NCBI GenBank assembly: GCA_013151955.1
Contig: JAADHH010000095.1
Location: 3,195-67,194, forward strand
DNA from: Chloroflexota bacterium
Lineage (GTDB): Bacteria > Chloroflexota > Anaerolineae > Ardenticatenales > JAADHH01
Length of the DNA: 64,000 nt
Direction: 5' to 3'
Shown piece by piece: positions 36,629-45,431 of this stretch. Below the pieces are notes generated by a model that saw only the letters and a program-made list of their open reading frames with translations, was not told the DNA's origin and made no database searches. How positions within the stretch are numbered: the first letter of the stretch is position 1; every line of letters starts with the position of its first letter. A program made the position numbers and the translations under genes.

Positions 36629-39034
36629 ATGAGGAACGTGAAACACCATTTGCCGCTTGCTTTTGTCCTGGTCGCCTCGCTCGGCTTGCTGCTTTCTGGC
36701 AGCGTTGTGCGGGCTGCCACCCCACGCCCCGTTTCGCCTGCTCCGGCCCCCCTCCCCGGCCTGCCCGCTCGCGGGGTGACGGCCCTCAGCCTTGACGCAA
36801 ACGGGGAACTCTGGGCCGGCACCCTCACGGGACTGGCCCATTTCGATGGACGGCGCTGGCAGACATTCGCAACAGCGCGTGCAATCGGCGTGCCCTGGAT
36901 CTCGGCCCTGCTGACCGACCGGCAGGGGCGTCTTTGGGCCGGCACCCTGGGGAAGGGGCTGTACCGTCGCGACGGAAACGAGTGGCGAACGGTGGACCGG
37001 CCCTTGCCGAAGACCACAAGCGACTGGATCACCGCTCTGGCAACGGACGATGGGGGCCGCTTGTGGGCCGGCACCTTTGGTGGCGGGCTCGCCTCCTTCG
37101 ACGGAACAACCTGGACGCGATACCCCCACAGCAATGGCCCGGCCGGCCCCTGGGTCCAGACGCTAACGTCGGACCGCCAGGGCCAGGTCTGGGTGGGGAC
37201 GTGGGCCGGCGGCTTGAGTCGATTCGACGGCCATACGTGGCAGACGTACACTGTGGCCGATGGCCTACCCGACAATCAAGTGAACGCCCTGGTCGTGGGG
37301 GCCGATGGTGCGCTGTGGGCCGGTACGAACGCGGGCTTGGCCCGTTTTGATGGCCGGCAGTGGCAAACCTTCACCGTGGCGCGCGGTCTGCCGGACGACC
37401 ACATTTCCGCATTGGCCGCCGCACCCGACGGCACGATCTGGGTAGGCACGGCGCGCGGTCTGGCCCGCTTTCAGGATGGCCGATTCTCTGTGGTGTGGAC
37501 CGGCGAAAGTTCGACGCCGCCGGTCATTTCGGCTCTGGCCACCGACCCACAGGGCACGCTCTGGATCGGCACGCTAAGAGAGGGAGTGTTTCGCCTGGGC
37601 AACGCTCCGCCCCCGGCCGTGCAAAACGCACACAGGCCGGTCGTTCTCGTCCACGGCTGGCACGGCCCTGCCAGCGACCTGCTTGCCGACAGCCAACTCA
37701 AGTTCCTGGCCCGTTGGCTGCGTGCCGACGGCTACCCGGTCTTCTACGCCACGGACATCACTGCGGAGCGGACGCTGGACGAAAACGCCCGGGCGTTGCA
37801 GCAGACGATCACCCGTGCCCGCCGAGCCACCGGCGCAAGCCGCGTACACCTGATCGGCCACAGCATGGGCGGCCTGGTCGCCCGCGCCTATGTGGAATCG
37901 GACCGCTACGCCGGCGACGTCGCCTCAGTGACCATGCTGGGCACGCCGAACGGCGGGCTGCACTTGTGGTATGGCCAACTGGCCCGCTGGCTGCGTGAGG
38001 GCCGCGCCGAGCCATCGCTGATCGAATTGACGCCAGAATTCATGGCCAGGTTCAACGCGACCCATCGCCCGCCCCCCGCTGTGCCCTACCTGCTGCTGGC
38101 CGGCGACCTGACCGGGCGGGTGGATGTGTTGCGCGGCTGGCCGGCCAACGACGGCCTGATCCGGCGAGACAGTGTCTTCGCCCTGCCCGGCGTCCACGTC
38201 TCCACCGCTGATGCCCACGGCTGGACCGACGAGACCATTCTGTATGGCGTGCCGGCATACACCTGGCCACGCCGCACCTATGACCGCTATATCCGGCCCT
38301 GGCTGAACGATTGCGACGAACGGAGTGACTCGCCGTCGTGCGCTCCAGCACCTCCCGTGCCACGGGCCACGGTTGAAGCCCCACACGTTCCGCCCCACAC
38401 GCCAACCATCACCCGCAACATTGCCGCCGGCACCACGCTCACTCTGCCTCTCACCCTGGACCTCACGGGCACAGCACGCTTCTTCCTGACCTGGGATAGC
38501 GGTGACATACGGTTCCGGCTGGTGACGCCCGGCGGAATCGTACACGACGGTGAACAAGGTGAGCGCGACAAAGGCGTTGCCTACCTGCGATTGCGCGACC
38601 CGGAAATCGTGCCCTTTGCGGTATATCGTGTGACGAAGCCCCCGGCCGGCCGCTGGTTGATGGTGGTTGAGAATCGGGGAATCGCTCCGGCAACAATAAC
38701 AGCGTACGCCGTGCCGGAGGACGGCCAGACGCTGGATGTGTCCACCGACAAAATTCAATACGCTGCGAGCGAACCGGTCGTCATTCGCGCGGCCTGGCAA
38801 GTGAACGGGCAGCCGGTGCGTGGCGGCACACTGGTCGCAAAGGTGGCGGCGGAGGGGGGGTACCGCTCCGTGCTCCTGGCCGACGACGGCCGGCACGAAG
38901 ACGGCCGGGCCAACGATGGCCTGTATGCTGCGCAATTCGTGCCCTCGCAGGCCGGGTACCAGGTGGCTTCCGTCACCGCTCGCCGGCCGGGCAGGACACC
39001 CCGTGTGCAAGAGATCATCTTCAACGTTTCTTGA
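36629..39034 (+). CDS. Secreted fusion protein: seven Reg_prop-type beta-propeller blades, then alpha/beta-hydrolase (lipase class 2/PGAP1-like), then C-terminal Ig-like domains
   Basis: ORF from 36554 trimmed to ATG 36629 (SD GGGAGG): MRNVKHHLPLAFVLVASLGLLLSGSVVRAA signal peptide. Seven '(L/V)W(A/V/I)GT..GL..FDG..W' blades. 'VVLVHGWHG' and 'IGHSMGG' (Ser codon 37862-64). C-terminal 'LLADDGRHEDGRANDGLYAAQF'. Confidence 0.85.
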   Translation: MRNVKHHLPLAFVLVASLGLLLSGSVVRAATPRPVSPAPAPLPGLPARGVTALSLDANGELWAGTLTGLAHFDGRRWQTFATARAIGVPWISALLTDRQGRLWAGTLGKGLYRRDGNEWRTVDRPLPKTTSDWITALATDDGGRLWAGTFGGGLASFDGTTWTRYPHSNGPAGPWVQTLTSDRQGQVWVGTWAGGLSRFDGHTWQTYTVADGLPDNQVNALVVGADGALWAGTNAGLARFDGRQWQTFTVARGLPDDHISALAAAPDGTIWVGTARGLARFQDGRFSVVWTGESSTPPVISALATDPQGTLWIGTLREGVFRLGNAPPPAVQNAHRPVVLVHGWHGPASDLLADSQLKFLARWLRADGYPVFYATDITAERTLDENARALQQTITRARRATGASRVHLIGHSMGGLVARAYVESDRYAGDVASVTMLGTPNGGLHLWYGQLARWLREGRAEPSLIELTPEFMARFNATHRPPPAVPYLLLAGDLTGRVDVLRGWPANDGLIRRDSVFALPGVHVSTADAHGWTDETILYGVPAYTWPRRTYDRYIRPWLNDCDERSDSPSCAPAPPVPRATVEAPHVPPHTPTITRNIAAGTTLTLPLTLDLTGTARFFLTWDSGDIRFRLVTPGGIVHDGEQGERDKGVAYLRLRDPEIVPFAVYRVTKPPAGRWLMVVENRGIAPATITAYAVPEDGQTLDVSTDKIQYAASEPVVIRAAWQVNGQPVRGGTLVAKVAAEGGYRSVLLADDGRHEDGRANDGLYAAQFVPSQAGYQVASVTARRPGRTPRVQEIIFNVS

Positions 39035-39073
39035 CACTGTGTGATCCATAGTGTATACTGTACTTTGAAAACA

Positions 39074-39262
39074 GTAGCCATGCGCGGCTGCGCGCCACCA
39101 ACGATGAAAATGGCGGGACGTGAAACGTGAAGGCGTGAAACGTAATGCGTATTGCGTCTTACGCATCACGCATCACGCATTACGTTTTACCTGACACCTG
39201 ACACGTTATTTTCATAACAGTCGTCAGAGCGTGTTGCGTAGTGCGTATTGCGTGCCGCTCGC
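39074..39262 (+). repeat. Family E composite repeat, copy E4
   Basis: CGTGAAA CGTGAAGG CGTGAAA CGTAATG CGTATTG CGTCTTA (CGCATCA)x2 CGCATTA CGTTTTA (CCTGACA)x2, followed by extra NTTGCGT units at 39231-39255. Confidence 0.9.
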
Positions 39263-39314
39263 CCATTGAAAATTGAAATTTGATCATTATTTGTCTGACA
39301 ATGGAGTCGACTAC

Positions 39315-40514
39315 ATGAGTTCTTTGCCTCTTCACAACATTCGGGTATTGGATTTGACCCGCTTGCTTCCCGGCGGGTTTTGCTCGCTGATTCTGGCTGA
39401 TTTGGGTGCCGAAGTGATCAAGGTAGAAGATCGCCGGCTGGGTGACTACTGCCGTTGGTGGGACCCAAAGGTGGGTGATTACAACGCCGGGTTTCAGGTG
39501 CTCAACCGGAACAAACGCAGTGTGTGTCTGGACCTCAAGCGCCCCGCAGGCCCCGACATCTTTCTGCGCATGGCCGAAACAGCAGACGTGGTGATGGAAA
39601 GTTTTCGCCCTGGGACGATGAAGCGCCTGAACGTCGGCTACGAACGCTTGCGCAGTCGCAACCCGCGCCTGATTTACTGTGCCATCAGCGGGTATGGCCA
39701 GAGCGGCCCCCACGTACGCCGCGCCGGACACGACCTGAATTTTCTGGCCGAATCTGGAGCGCTGGCGGCTGCCGGCCCGCCCGGCACCGCACCGGCGACT
39801 CCATCCATCCAGGCCGCCGACATGGGCGCCGGCTTCACAGCCGCAAATGCGATCCTGGCTGCCCTCTACCGCCGGGAGCAAACCGGCCAGGGGGCCTTCA
39901 TCGACACCTGTCTGTTGGACGCCGCGCTTTCCTTTTCCTTTCTCCTTCGCGCCCTGGCCTTTGCCCTGGACCGCCCTCCCCAACCGGGCGGGGAAGAACT
40001 GACCGGAGGGCTGGCCTGCTACCACGTCTACGCCACCGCAGACGGCAAGGCGATGGCCTTGGGCGCGTTGGAACCCAAGTTCTTCCGGGCCTTTTTGAGC
40101 CTGATCGGGCGAGACGAACTCGCCAGCGACCAACTTGACCCCCAGAAACAGCCGGCGCTAAAGCGCGAGCTGACCCGCATCTTCGCCGAGAAGACGCAAG
40201 CAGAATGGACCACTTTTCTTGCCGACCATGACGCAGATGTCTGCTGTACACCCATTCAGGACGCATTGGCGGCGGACGCAAACGCACAAATCGCCGCCCG
40301 TCACCTCTTGTTCCAGGCCGATGGAGTCGCCCACACCCGGTCGCCGGTACGCCTGGCGGGGATACCTCCGCCGGCGTATCGCCCGCCTCCGGAGTTTGGG
40401 GCAGACACGGCAGCCATCCTACGCGAAATCGGCCTGGACGATTCAGAAATCGAGGCACTCTTTGCGGACCGGGTCGCCGGACCGGGGAGAAACCGATTGA
40501 CGACCACCCATTGA
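39315..40514 (+). CDS. Family III CoA-transferase (CaiB/BaiF; alpha-methylacyl-CoA racemase-like)
   Basis: ORF from 39273 trimmed to ATG 39315: MSSLPLHNIRVLDLTRLLPGGFCSLILADLGAEVIKVED, the canonical family III N-terminus. Confidence 0.9.
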   Translation: MSSLPLHNIRVLDLTRLLPGGFCSLILADLGAEVIKVEDRRLGDYCRWWDPKVGDYNAGFQVLNRNKRSVCLDLKRPAGPDIFLRMAETADVVMESFRPGTMKRLNVGYERLRSRNPRLIYCAISGYGQSGPHVRRAGHDLNFLAESGALAAAGPPGTAPATPSIQAADMGAGFTAANAILAALYRREQTGQGAFIDTCLLDAALSFSFLLRALAFALDRPPQPGGEELTGGLACYHVYATADGKAMALGALEPKFFRAFLSLIGRDELASDQLDPQKQPALKRELTRIFAEKTQAEWTTFLADHDADVCCTPIQDALAADANAQIAARHLLFQADGVAHTRSPVRLAGIPPPAYRPPPEFGADTAAILREIGLDDSEIEALFADRVAGPGRNRLTTTH

Positions 40515-40526
40515 CAATGATTGAAG

Positions 40527-40655
40527 GTATCTTCTCGATAATTCGGGGTGAGCAGAACGTCATGCCCCCCTAACCCCCCAACTTTGGGGGGAATGTGCTC
40601 CCCCAGAATTGGGGGCCGGGGGGCGTTCGCGTTCCCCAAGTTATCGAGAAGATAC
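40527..40655 (+). mobile_element. MITE, shared-TIR superfamily, core type A (copy A2) with perfect 8-bp TSD
   Basis: GTATCTTCTCGATAATTCGGGG ... CCCCAAGTTATCGAGAAGATAC. Flanked by GATTGAAG at 40519-26 and 40656-63. Inserted between the CoA-transferase stop and the thiolase RBS. Confidence 0.92.
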
Positions 40656-40673
40656 GATTGAAGGAGTATATCG

Positions 40674-41816
40674 ATGACTACAGCATATATCATTGAAGCA
40701 GTGCGCACACCAAGTGGCCGGCGAAATGGATTGTTGCGCCCTATGCGCCCCATCGAGCTGGCTGCATTCATCCTGCGAGCACTCGTCGAGCGGGCCAACA
40801 TCGAGCCTGAACAGATTGACGATGCGATCATGGGCTGCGTGACCGAGACCGGTGAGCAAGGGGGGAATATCGCCCGGCTGGCCACGCTCCACGCCGGATT
40901 CCCGGTGACCGTGCCGGCGGTGACGCTCAACCGGATGTGCGGCTCCGGGCAACAGGCCATACACTTCGCCGCCCAAGCCGTTTTGGCGGGCGACATGGAC
41001 CTGGTCATCGGCGGTGGCGTGGAGAGCATGAGTCGCGTGCCGATGGGGTCTGACTGGAATTTCACCGCGCTGCCGGCCGGTTTTCCCTTCGACCTGGTTC
41101 CGCAAGGGATCTCGGCGGAAATGATGGCCGAGAAGTGGAATCTGTCCCGTGAGGTGCTGGACGATTTTGCCTATGAGAGTCACCTGCGTGCGGCACGGGC
41201 CACACACGAAGGCCGCTTCGACCGCGAGATCGCCCCGGTGGAGGTGCCCCTCGACGGTGGCACACGCACGGTGCGTGTGGACGAAGGCATCCGTTTCGAA
41301 CCAGACCGGGAAAAGATGGCCGCGTTGCAACCGGCATTCAAACCGGGCGGCGTGATCACGGCGGCGAATGCCAGCCAGATCAGTGACGGCGCTGCGGCGC
41401 TGCTCGTTGCTTCGGAGCGGGCGGTCCGCGAATATGGCCTGCGGCCACGTGCCCGCATCGTGGCCCGTGCCGTCGTTGGCACCGACCCCGTGCTCATGCT
41501 CGATGGCCCGATACCCTCTACGTCTCGCGTCCTGGAGCGCGCCGGCTTGACCCTGGACGACATCGCCTGCTTCGAAGTGAACGAAGCGTTTGCCTCGGTT
41601 GTACTGGCCTGGCAGCGCGAAACTGGCGTCGACCTGGAGCGGGTGAACGTCAACGGTGGCGCTATCGCCCTGGGACACCCGTTGGGGGCCACCGGCGCGC
41701 GCCTGATGACCACCCTGCTCCACGAGTTGGAGCGTACCGGAGGACGCTATGGCTTACAAACGATGTGTATCGGCTGGGGAATGGCCACGGCCACAATCAT
41801 TGAACGAATTGCGTAA
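40674..41816 (+). CDS. Thiolase (acetyl-CoA C-acyltransferase)
   Basis: 380 aa. 'VTLNRMCGSGQQAI' (active Cys), 'NVNGGAIALGHPLGATG', and 'CIGWGMA' at the C-terminus. Confidence 0.95.
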   Translation: MTTAYIIEAVRTPSGRRNGLLRPMRPIELAAFILRALVERANIEPEQIDDAIMGCVTETGEQGGNIARLATLHAGFPVTVPAVTLNRMCGSGQQAIHFAAQAVLAGDMDLVIGGGVESMSRVPMGSDWNFTALPAGFPFDLVPQGISAEMMAEKWNLSREVLDDFAYESHLRAARATHEGRFDREIAPVEVPLDGGTRTVRVDEGIRFEPDREKMAALQPAFKPGGVITAANASQISDGAAALLVASERAVREYGLRPRARIVARAVVGTDPVLMLDGPIPSTSRVLERAGLTLDDIACFEVNEAFASVVLAWQRETGVDLERVNVNGGAIALGHPLGATGARLMTTLLHELERTGGRYGLQTMCIGWGMATATIIERIA

Positions 41817-41831
41817 CGAAAGGAGAGGAAA

Positions 41832-43457
41832 ATGCAAGGCTTAATGATGGACTACCCGCTCACCATTCAGACAATCCTGGAGCGGGTAAATCAGTTCTAT
41901 CCGCGGAAGGAGGTTATCTCCAAGCTGCCTACCGGTGTACATCGCTATACCTACGGCGATTTCTACCGGCGCGTGCACCGCCTGGCGAATGTATTGCAAG
42001 ATTTGGGGGTGAAACCGGGGGATCGCGTGGCGACCTTTTCCTGGAATCACTACCGCCACCTCGAACTGTACTACGCGATTCCCTGCATGGGCGCGGTGCT
42101 GCACACGTTGAACATTCGCTTGTTTCCTGAGCAGCTCGCTTATGTGATCAATCACGCCGAGGACAAAGCTATTTTCGTTGACGCCAGCTTGCTCCCCTTG
42201 GTGGAACGGATCAAGGAGCACATCGGCGGCGTAGGTACATTCGTGATCATGAACGACACCGGCCAGCCGCCCCAAACGGCATTGGAACCGCTTGCCGATT
42301 ATGAGGGCCTGATGGCCGGTGCGGCGGAGACGTTCGCCTTTCCGCAACTTGGCGAAAATGATGCGGCGGTGATGTGCTACACCTCCGGCACGACAGGCGA
42401 GCCGAAAGGGGCGGTCTACAGCCATCGCGCGATCTATCTCCATTCCATGGCCGAGTGCATGGCAGATACATTGGCTCTTTCGGAACGGGACACCATCATG
42501 CCGGTGGTACCGATGTTCCACGCCAATGCCTGGGGGGTTCCCTTTGCAGCCCCGATGACCGGCGCTTCCCAGGTATTCCCCGGGCCCTTCATGAAACCGC
42601 CCGATCTGGCCGGCTTGATTCAGGATGAGAAAGTCACTTTCACCGCCGGTGTGCCGACCCTCTGGTTTGGTCTCTACCACTTGTTGATGCAGGAAGATTA
42701 CGACATGAGCAGCCTGCGGGCGATGGTCGTTGGCGGAGCGGCAATGCCCCAGAGCCTGATCGAGGATTTCGAGAAGAATTTGGGTATCCGGGTCATCCAT
42801 GCCTGGGGCATGACGGAGACGACCCCGTTGGGCACGGTGGCCAACCTGAAGAGCAATATGGATTCGTGGTCCGAGGCCGATCGCTACAGTGTGCGGGCCA
42901 AACAGGGCACACCTGTGCCAGGCGTGGAAATCCGCGCCATGGATGAAGCCGGTAACATCGTGCCTTGGGATGGCCAGACGATGGGCGAGTTGCAAGTGCG
43001 CGGCCCCTGGGTCATTCGGAGCTATTACAACGATCCGCGCAGCCCACAATCTTTTACCGACGACGGCTGGTTGCACACCGGAGATGTGGTAACGATTGAC
43101 CCCGAAGGGTATATGCAGATCACCGACCGGACAAAAGATCTGGTGAAGAGTGGCGGCGAATGGATTTCTTCGCAGGCGCTGGAGAATGCGCTGATGGCGC
43201 ACGACAAGGTGCTCGAAGCGGCCGTGATCGCCATTCCGCACCCCGAGTGGCAAGAACGCCCGTTGGCCTGTGTGGTGATCGCACCGGAGCACAAAGACCA
43301 GGTGACGAAAGAAGAATTGTTGGCCTTCATTCGGCCCAAGTTTGCCAAGTGGTGGCTGCCGGACGATGTCGTCTTTGTGGAGGAGTTGCCCAAAACCAGT
43401 GTCGGAAAGTTCGACAAGAAGGTGTTGCGCGAGCGATACAAGGAGTACGGGTTATAG
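41832..43457 (+). CDS. AMP-dependent acyl-CoA synthetase (medium/long-chain fatty acid-CoA ligase)
   Basis: 541 aa. AMP-binding 'YTSGTTGEPKGA', 'GWLHTGDV', and 'PKTSVGKFDKK'. Confidence 0.93.
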   Translation: MQGLMMDYPLTIQTILERVNQFYPRKEVISKLPTGVHRYTYGDFYRRVHRLANVLQDLGVKPGDRVATFSWNHYRHLELYYAIPCMGAVLHTLNIRLFPEQLAYVINHAEDKAIFVDASLLPLVERIKEHIGGVGTFVIMNDTGQPPQTALEPLADYEGLMAGAAETFAFPQLGENDAAVMCYTSGTTGEPKGAVYSHRAIYLHSMAECMADTLALSERDTIMPVVPMFHANAWGVPFAAPMTGASQVFPGPFMKPPDLAGLIQDEKVTFTAGVPTLWFGLYHLLMQEDYDMSSLRAMVVGGAAMPQSLIEDFEKNLGIRVIHAWGMTETTPLGTVANLKSNMDSWSEADRYSVRAKQGTPVPGVEIRAMDEAGNIVPWDGQTMGELQVRGPWVIRSYYNDPRSPQSFTDDGWLHTGDVVTIDPEGYMQITDRTKDLVKSGGEWISSQALENALMAHDKVLEAAVIAIPHPEWQERPLACVVIAPEHKDQVTKEELLAFIRPKFAKWWLPDDVVFVEELPKTSVGKFDKKVLRERYKEYGL

Positions 43458-44159
43458 GGGACGAGCCAGAGTCAGGCCGTAGACGGCTTGCGCTCCCTGT
43501 TCACGAAGGGTGTGCGCGCAGGCCGACAAGGTCGCTCCGGTAGTCAGGACGTCATCAATCAGGAGGGGGCGATGGCCGGCGACGTGAGCAGGCGAGGCTT
43601 CGAACGCCCCCTGCACATTCAGCCACCGTTCACGTGCCGAGAGGCCAACTTGGGGAGGCGTTTGGCGCGTGCGCCGCAGGGCCTGTTCCACCACGGGCAA
43701 GCCTGTGCGCTGCGCCAGACGCTCTGCTAAGAGGGTGGATTGGTTGTATCCCCGTTCTTGTTCGCGGGTTTGGTGCAGCGGCACCGGCACGATCATGTCT
43801 GCGGAAAAGGTCTGGGCTTCCCAAACATCCAGGAGAAGGTCGCCCAGCGGGTTGGCCAAATCGCGCAGATTGTTGTATTTGAGAACGTGAATGGCTCTGC
43901 GGAGAGGGCCGTCGAACGGTGCGACCGCGCGTAGCCGGTCGAATTCCGGGGGGTGCGCGCGACAGAATCCACACGTGCTTTTCCGGGACGGGAGTGCCCT
44001 GCTGCACGTGGGGCATACGGGGCCGGCAAAAGGGGTGATGTGGTCAAGACAAGATGGGCAGAGGAGCGCACCGGTTTTCCGGCAATGCACACAGCGTGGC
44101 GGGAAGAGGAGGTCGAGCAGGGTTTTCTGGGTTTTGATCCAATGATGCCGCAGATTCAT
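43452..44159 (-). CDS. comF: ComF-family phosphoribosyltransferase-like protein (competence protein ComFC type)
   Basis: 356-aa ORF trimmed to ATG 44159 (235 aa): N-terminal zinc fingers 'CVHCRKTGALLCPSC...CPTCSRAL...CGFC' and PRTase motif 'LLIDDVLTTGATL'. Its start overlaps the DUF192 stop by 4 nt. Confidence 0.88.
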   Translation of the reverse strand: MNLRHHWIKTQKTLLDLLFPPRCVHCRKTGALLCPSCLDHITPFAGPVCPTCSRALPSRKSTCGFCRAHPPEFDRLRAVAPFDGPLRRAIHVLKYNNLRDLANPLGDLLLDVWEAQTFSADMIVPVPLHQTREQERGYNQSTLLAERLAQRTGLPVVEQALRRTRQTPPQVGLSARERWLNVQGAFEASPAHVAGHRPLLIDDVLTTGATLSACAHTLREQGAQAVYGLTLARPL

Positions 44160-44503
44160 GAATCGAAGATCGCCAGTTTGTCCCCGACGACGATGCCTTG
44201 CCGGGCAATGGTGCCGGCCGGCAGCTCTAAGACTGCGTGCGTCCCCCGAACCCAGGGGCCGGGACGTTGCGGTGGCATGGCCTCGGTCAGGCGGATGACT
44301 GTATTGTTCTCGTCGAGATACAAAACATCGATGGGAAAGCGCATCAGAAATGTGTGGATGGAGCTTTCGGGGCACAGCAGGAGGCCTTCCCCTTTGGCAA
44401 GCGCCTTCCTTCCCAGCAGCCCGCGCAAACGGGCAAGAAAACTTGTCGCCATCATACCACGTGTCACGATTTCGGTGTTTCGGGTGAGATTTGTAACTCT
44501 CAT
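44156..44503 (-). CDS. DUF192 (COG1430) domain protein
   Basis: 115 aa. 'ARLRGLLGRKALAKGEGLLLCPESSIHTFLMRFPIDVLYLDENN' fits the DUF192 pattern. 4-nt overlaps with tadC upstream and comF downstream. Confidence 0.8.
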   Translation of the reverse strand: MRVTNLTRNTEIVTRGMMATSFLARLRGLLGRKALAKGEGLLLCPESSIHTFLMRFPIDVLYLDENNTVIRLTEAMPPQRPGPWVRGTHAVLELPAGTIARQGIVVGDKLAIFDS

Positions 44504-45429
44504 ATCCCCTTGAAGGTTTCAATCAAACGAGGTATGGCCGGCCCGAGTAGAACGATGAAGAGCGAAGGGAAGATCAGGAAGGCCAGTGGGATGAGCATTT
44601 TGATCGGCGCTTTTTGGGCCGCTTCTTCGGCGCGCTGCCGTCGTTTGATGCGCATCTGCTTCGACTGAATGCGCAACACCTTGGCAATGCTCACGCCCAA
44701 TTGGTCGGCCTGGATGATGGCGGCTGCAAAGCTGGTAACGTCGTCCACATCCATGCGGTAGGCCATCTCCCGGAGCGCTTCCCGGCGCGATTTCCCAATC
44801 CGAAGTTCGCTGATGACCCGTCCAAAGGCTTGAGATAGTTCGTTGTCCCACTTTTCGTTTACCTTGGCCAGGGCAGCATCAAAGCCAAGTCCCGCTTCGA
44901 CGCTGATCGTGAGCAGGTCCAGGGCATCGGGCAACGCTTTTATAATTTCATGCTGTCGTTGGCGGATTTTCTGGCCTAACCACATCGTAGGCAGGAAAAA
45001 GCCGAGGGCTACGAGGGCGATTACAAAGAAAAGTATCCTGGAGGGCTCTGTGCGGGCGAGGAAAAAGAGCACGCCCGGGACAGCTCCTGTAACCAGCGCC
45101 GAGAGGCCGCGCACACCCATGAACTCAGCCGGCGTCCAGTCGTTGGGGTTGCCGGCCATATCGAGCTTGTGTTGCAGAGTTTCGAGGTTTCTTTGGGGAG
45201 CAAAGCGCATAACAAAACCGGACATGGTCTGGATGATTGGCTTGATGGCCCGATCCTGGAAAGGTACTTGCAATTCGATTTCTTCCAACGTGCGGGGTTG
45301 CCGGCCCCCATAGCGGTTGAGTCTTTCTTGCACAGGGTTCTCGCGGCGGGTGAGGGCCAGGCCCACGAAGATCAAGGCAATGCTTGATCCGGCGAGCAAG
45401 GCAACGATCAAGGCCAGCAGTCCACTCAT
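44500..45429 (-). CDS. tadC: Tad pilus inner-membrane platform protein TadC (T2SS-F family)
   Basis: ORF trimmed to ATG 45429 (MSGLLALIVALLAGSSIALIFVG...). T2SSF domain 'ALPDALDLLTISVEAGLGFDAAL'. Confidence 0.9.
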   Translation of the reverse strand: MSGLLALIVALLAGSSIALIFVGLALTRRENPVQERLNRYGGRQPRTLEEIELQVPFQDRAIKPIIQTMSGFVMRFAPQRNLETLQHKLDMAGNPNDWTPAEFMGVRGLSALVTGAVPGVLFFLARTEPSRILFFVIALVALGFFLPTMWLGQKIRQRQHEIIKALPDALDLLTISVEAGLGFDAALAKVNEKWDNELSQAFGRVISELRIGKSRREALREMAYRMDVDDVTSFAAAIIQADQLGVSIAKVLRIQSKQMRIKRRQRAEEAAQKAPIKMLIPLAFLIFPSLFIVLLGPAIPRLIETFKGI

Positions 45430-45431
45430 AA

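Noticed and set aside
37925-39169. 414-aa minus-strand ORF beginning MMRKTQYALRF.
   Set aside because: It starts inside repeat E4 and runs antisense to the propeller-lipase gene. It has noise composition. The same applies to 39180..40133 (minus), which is antisense to the CoA-transferase.
40641-43292. 360-aa and 483-aa minus-strand ORFs (40641..41723 and 41841..43292).
   Set aside because: They are antisense to thiolase and acyl-CoA synthetase, both of which carry unambiguous signature motifs.
44160-44522. Upstream part of the 356-aa ORF 43452..44522.
   Set aside because: It overlaps the DUF192 gene out of frame and has Arg/His/Pro-rich composition. The ComF zinc-finger N-terminus begins at ATG 44159, coupled to the DUF192 stop.
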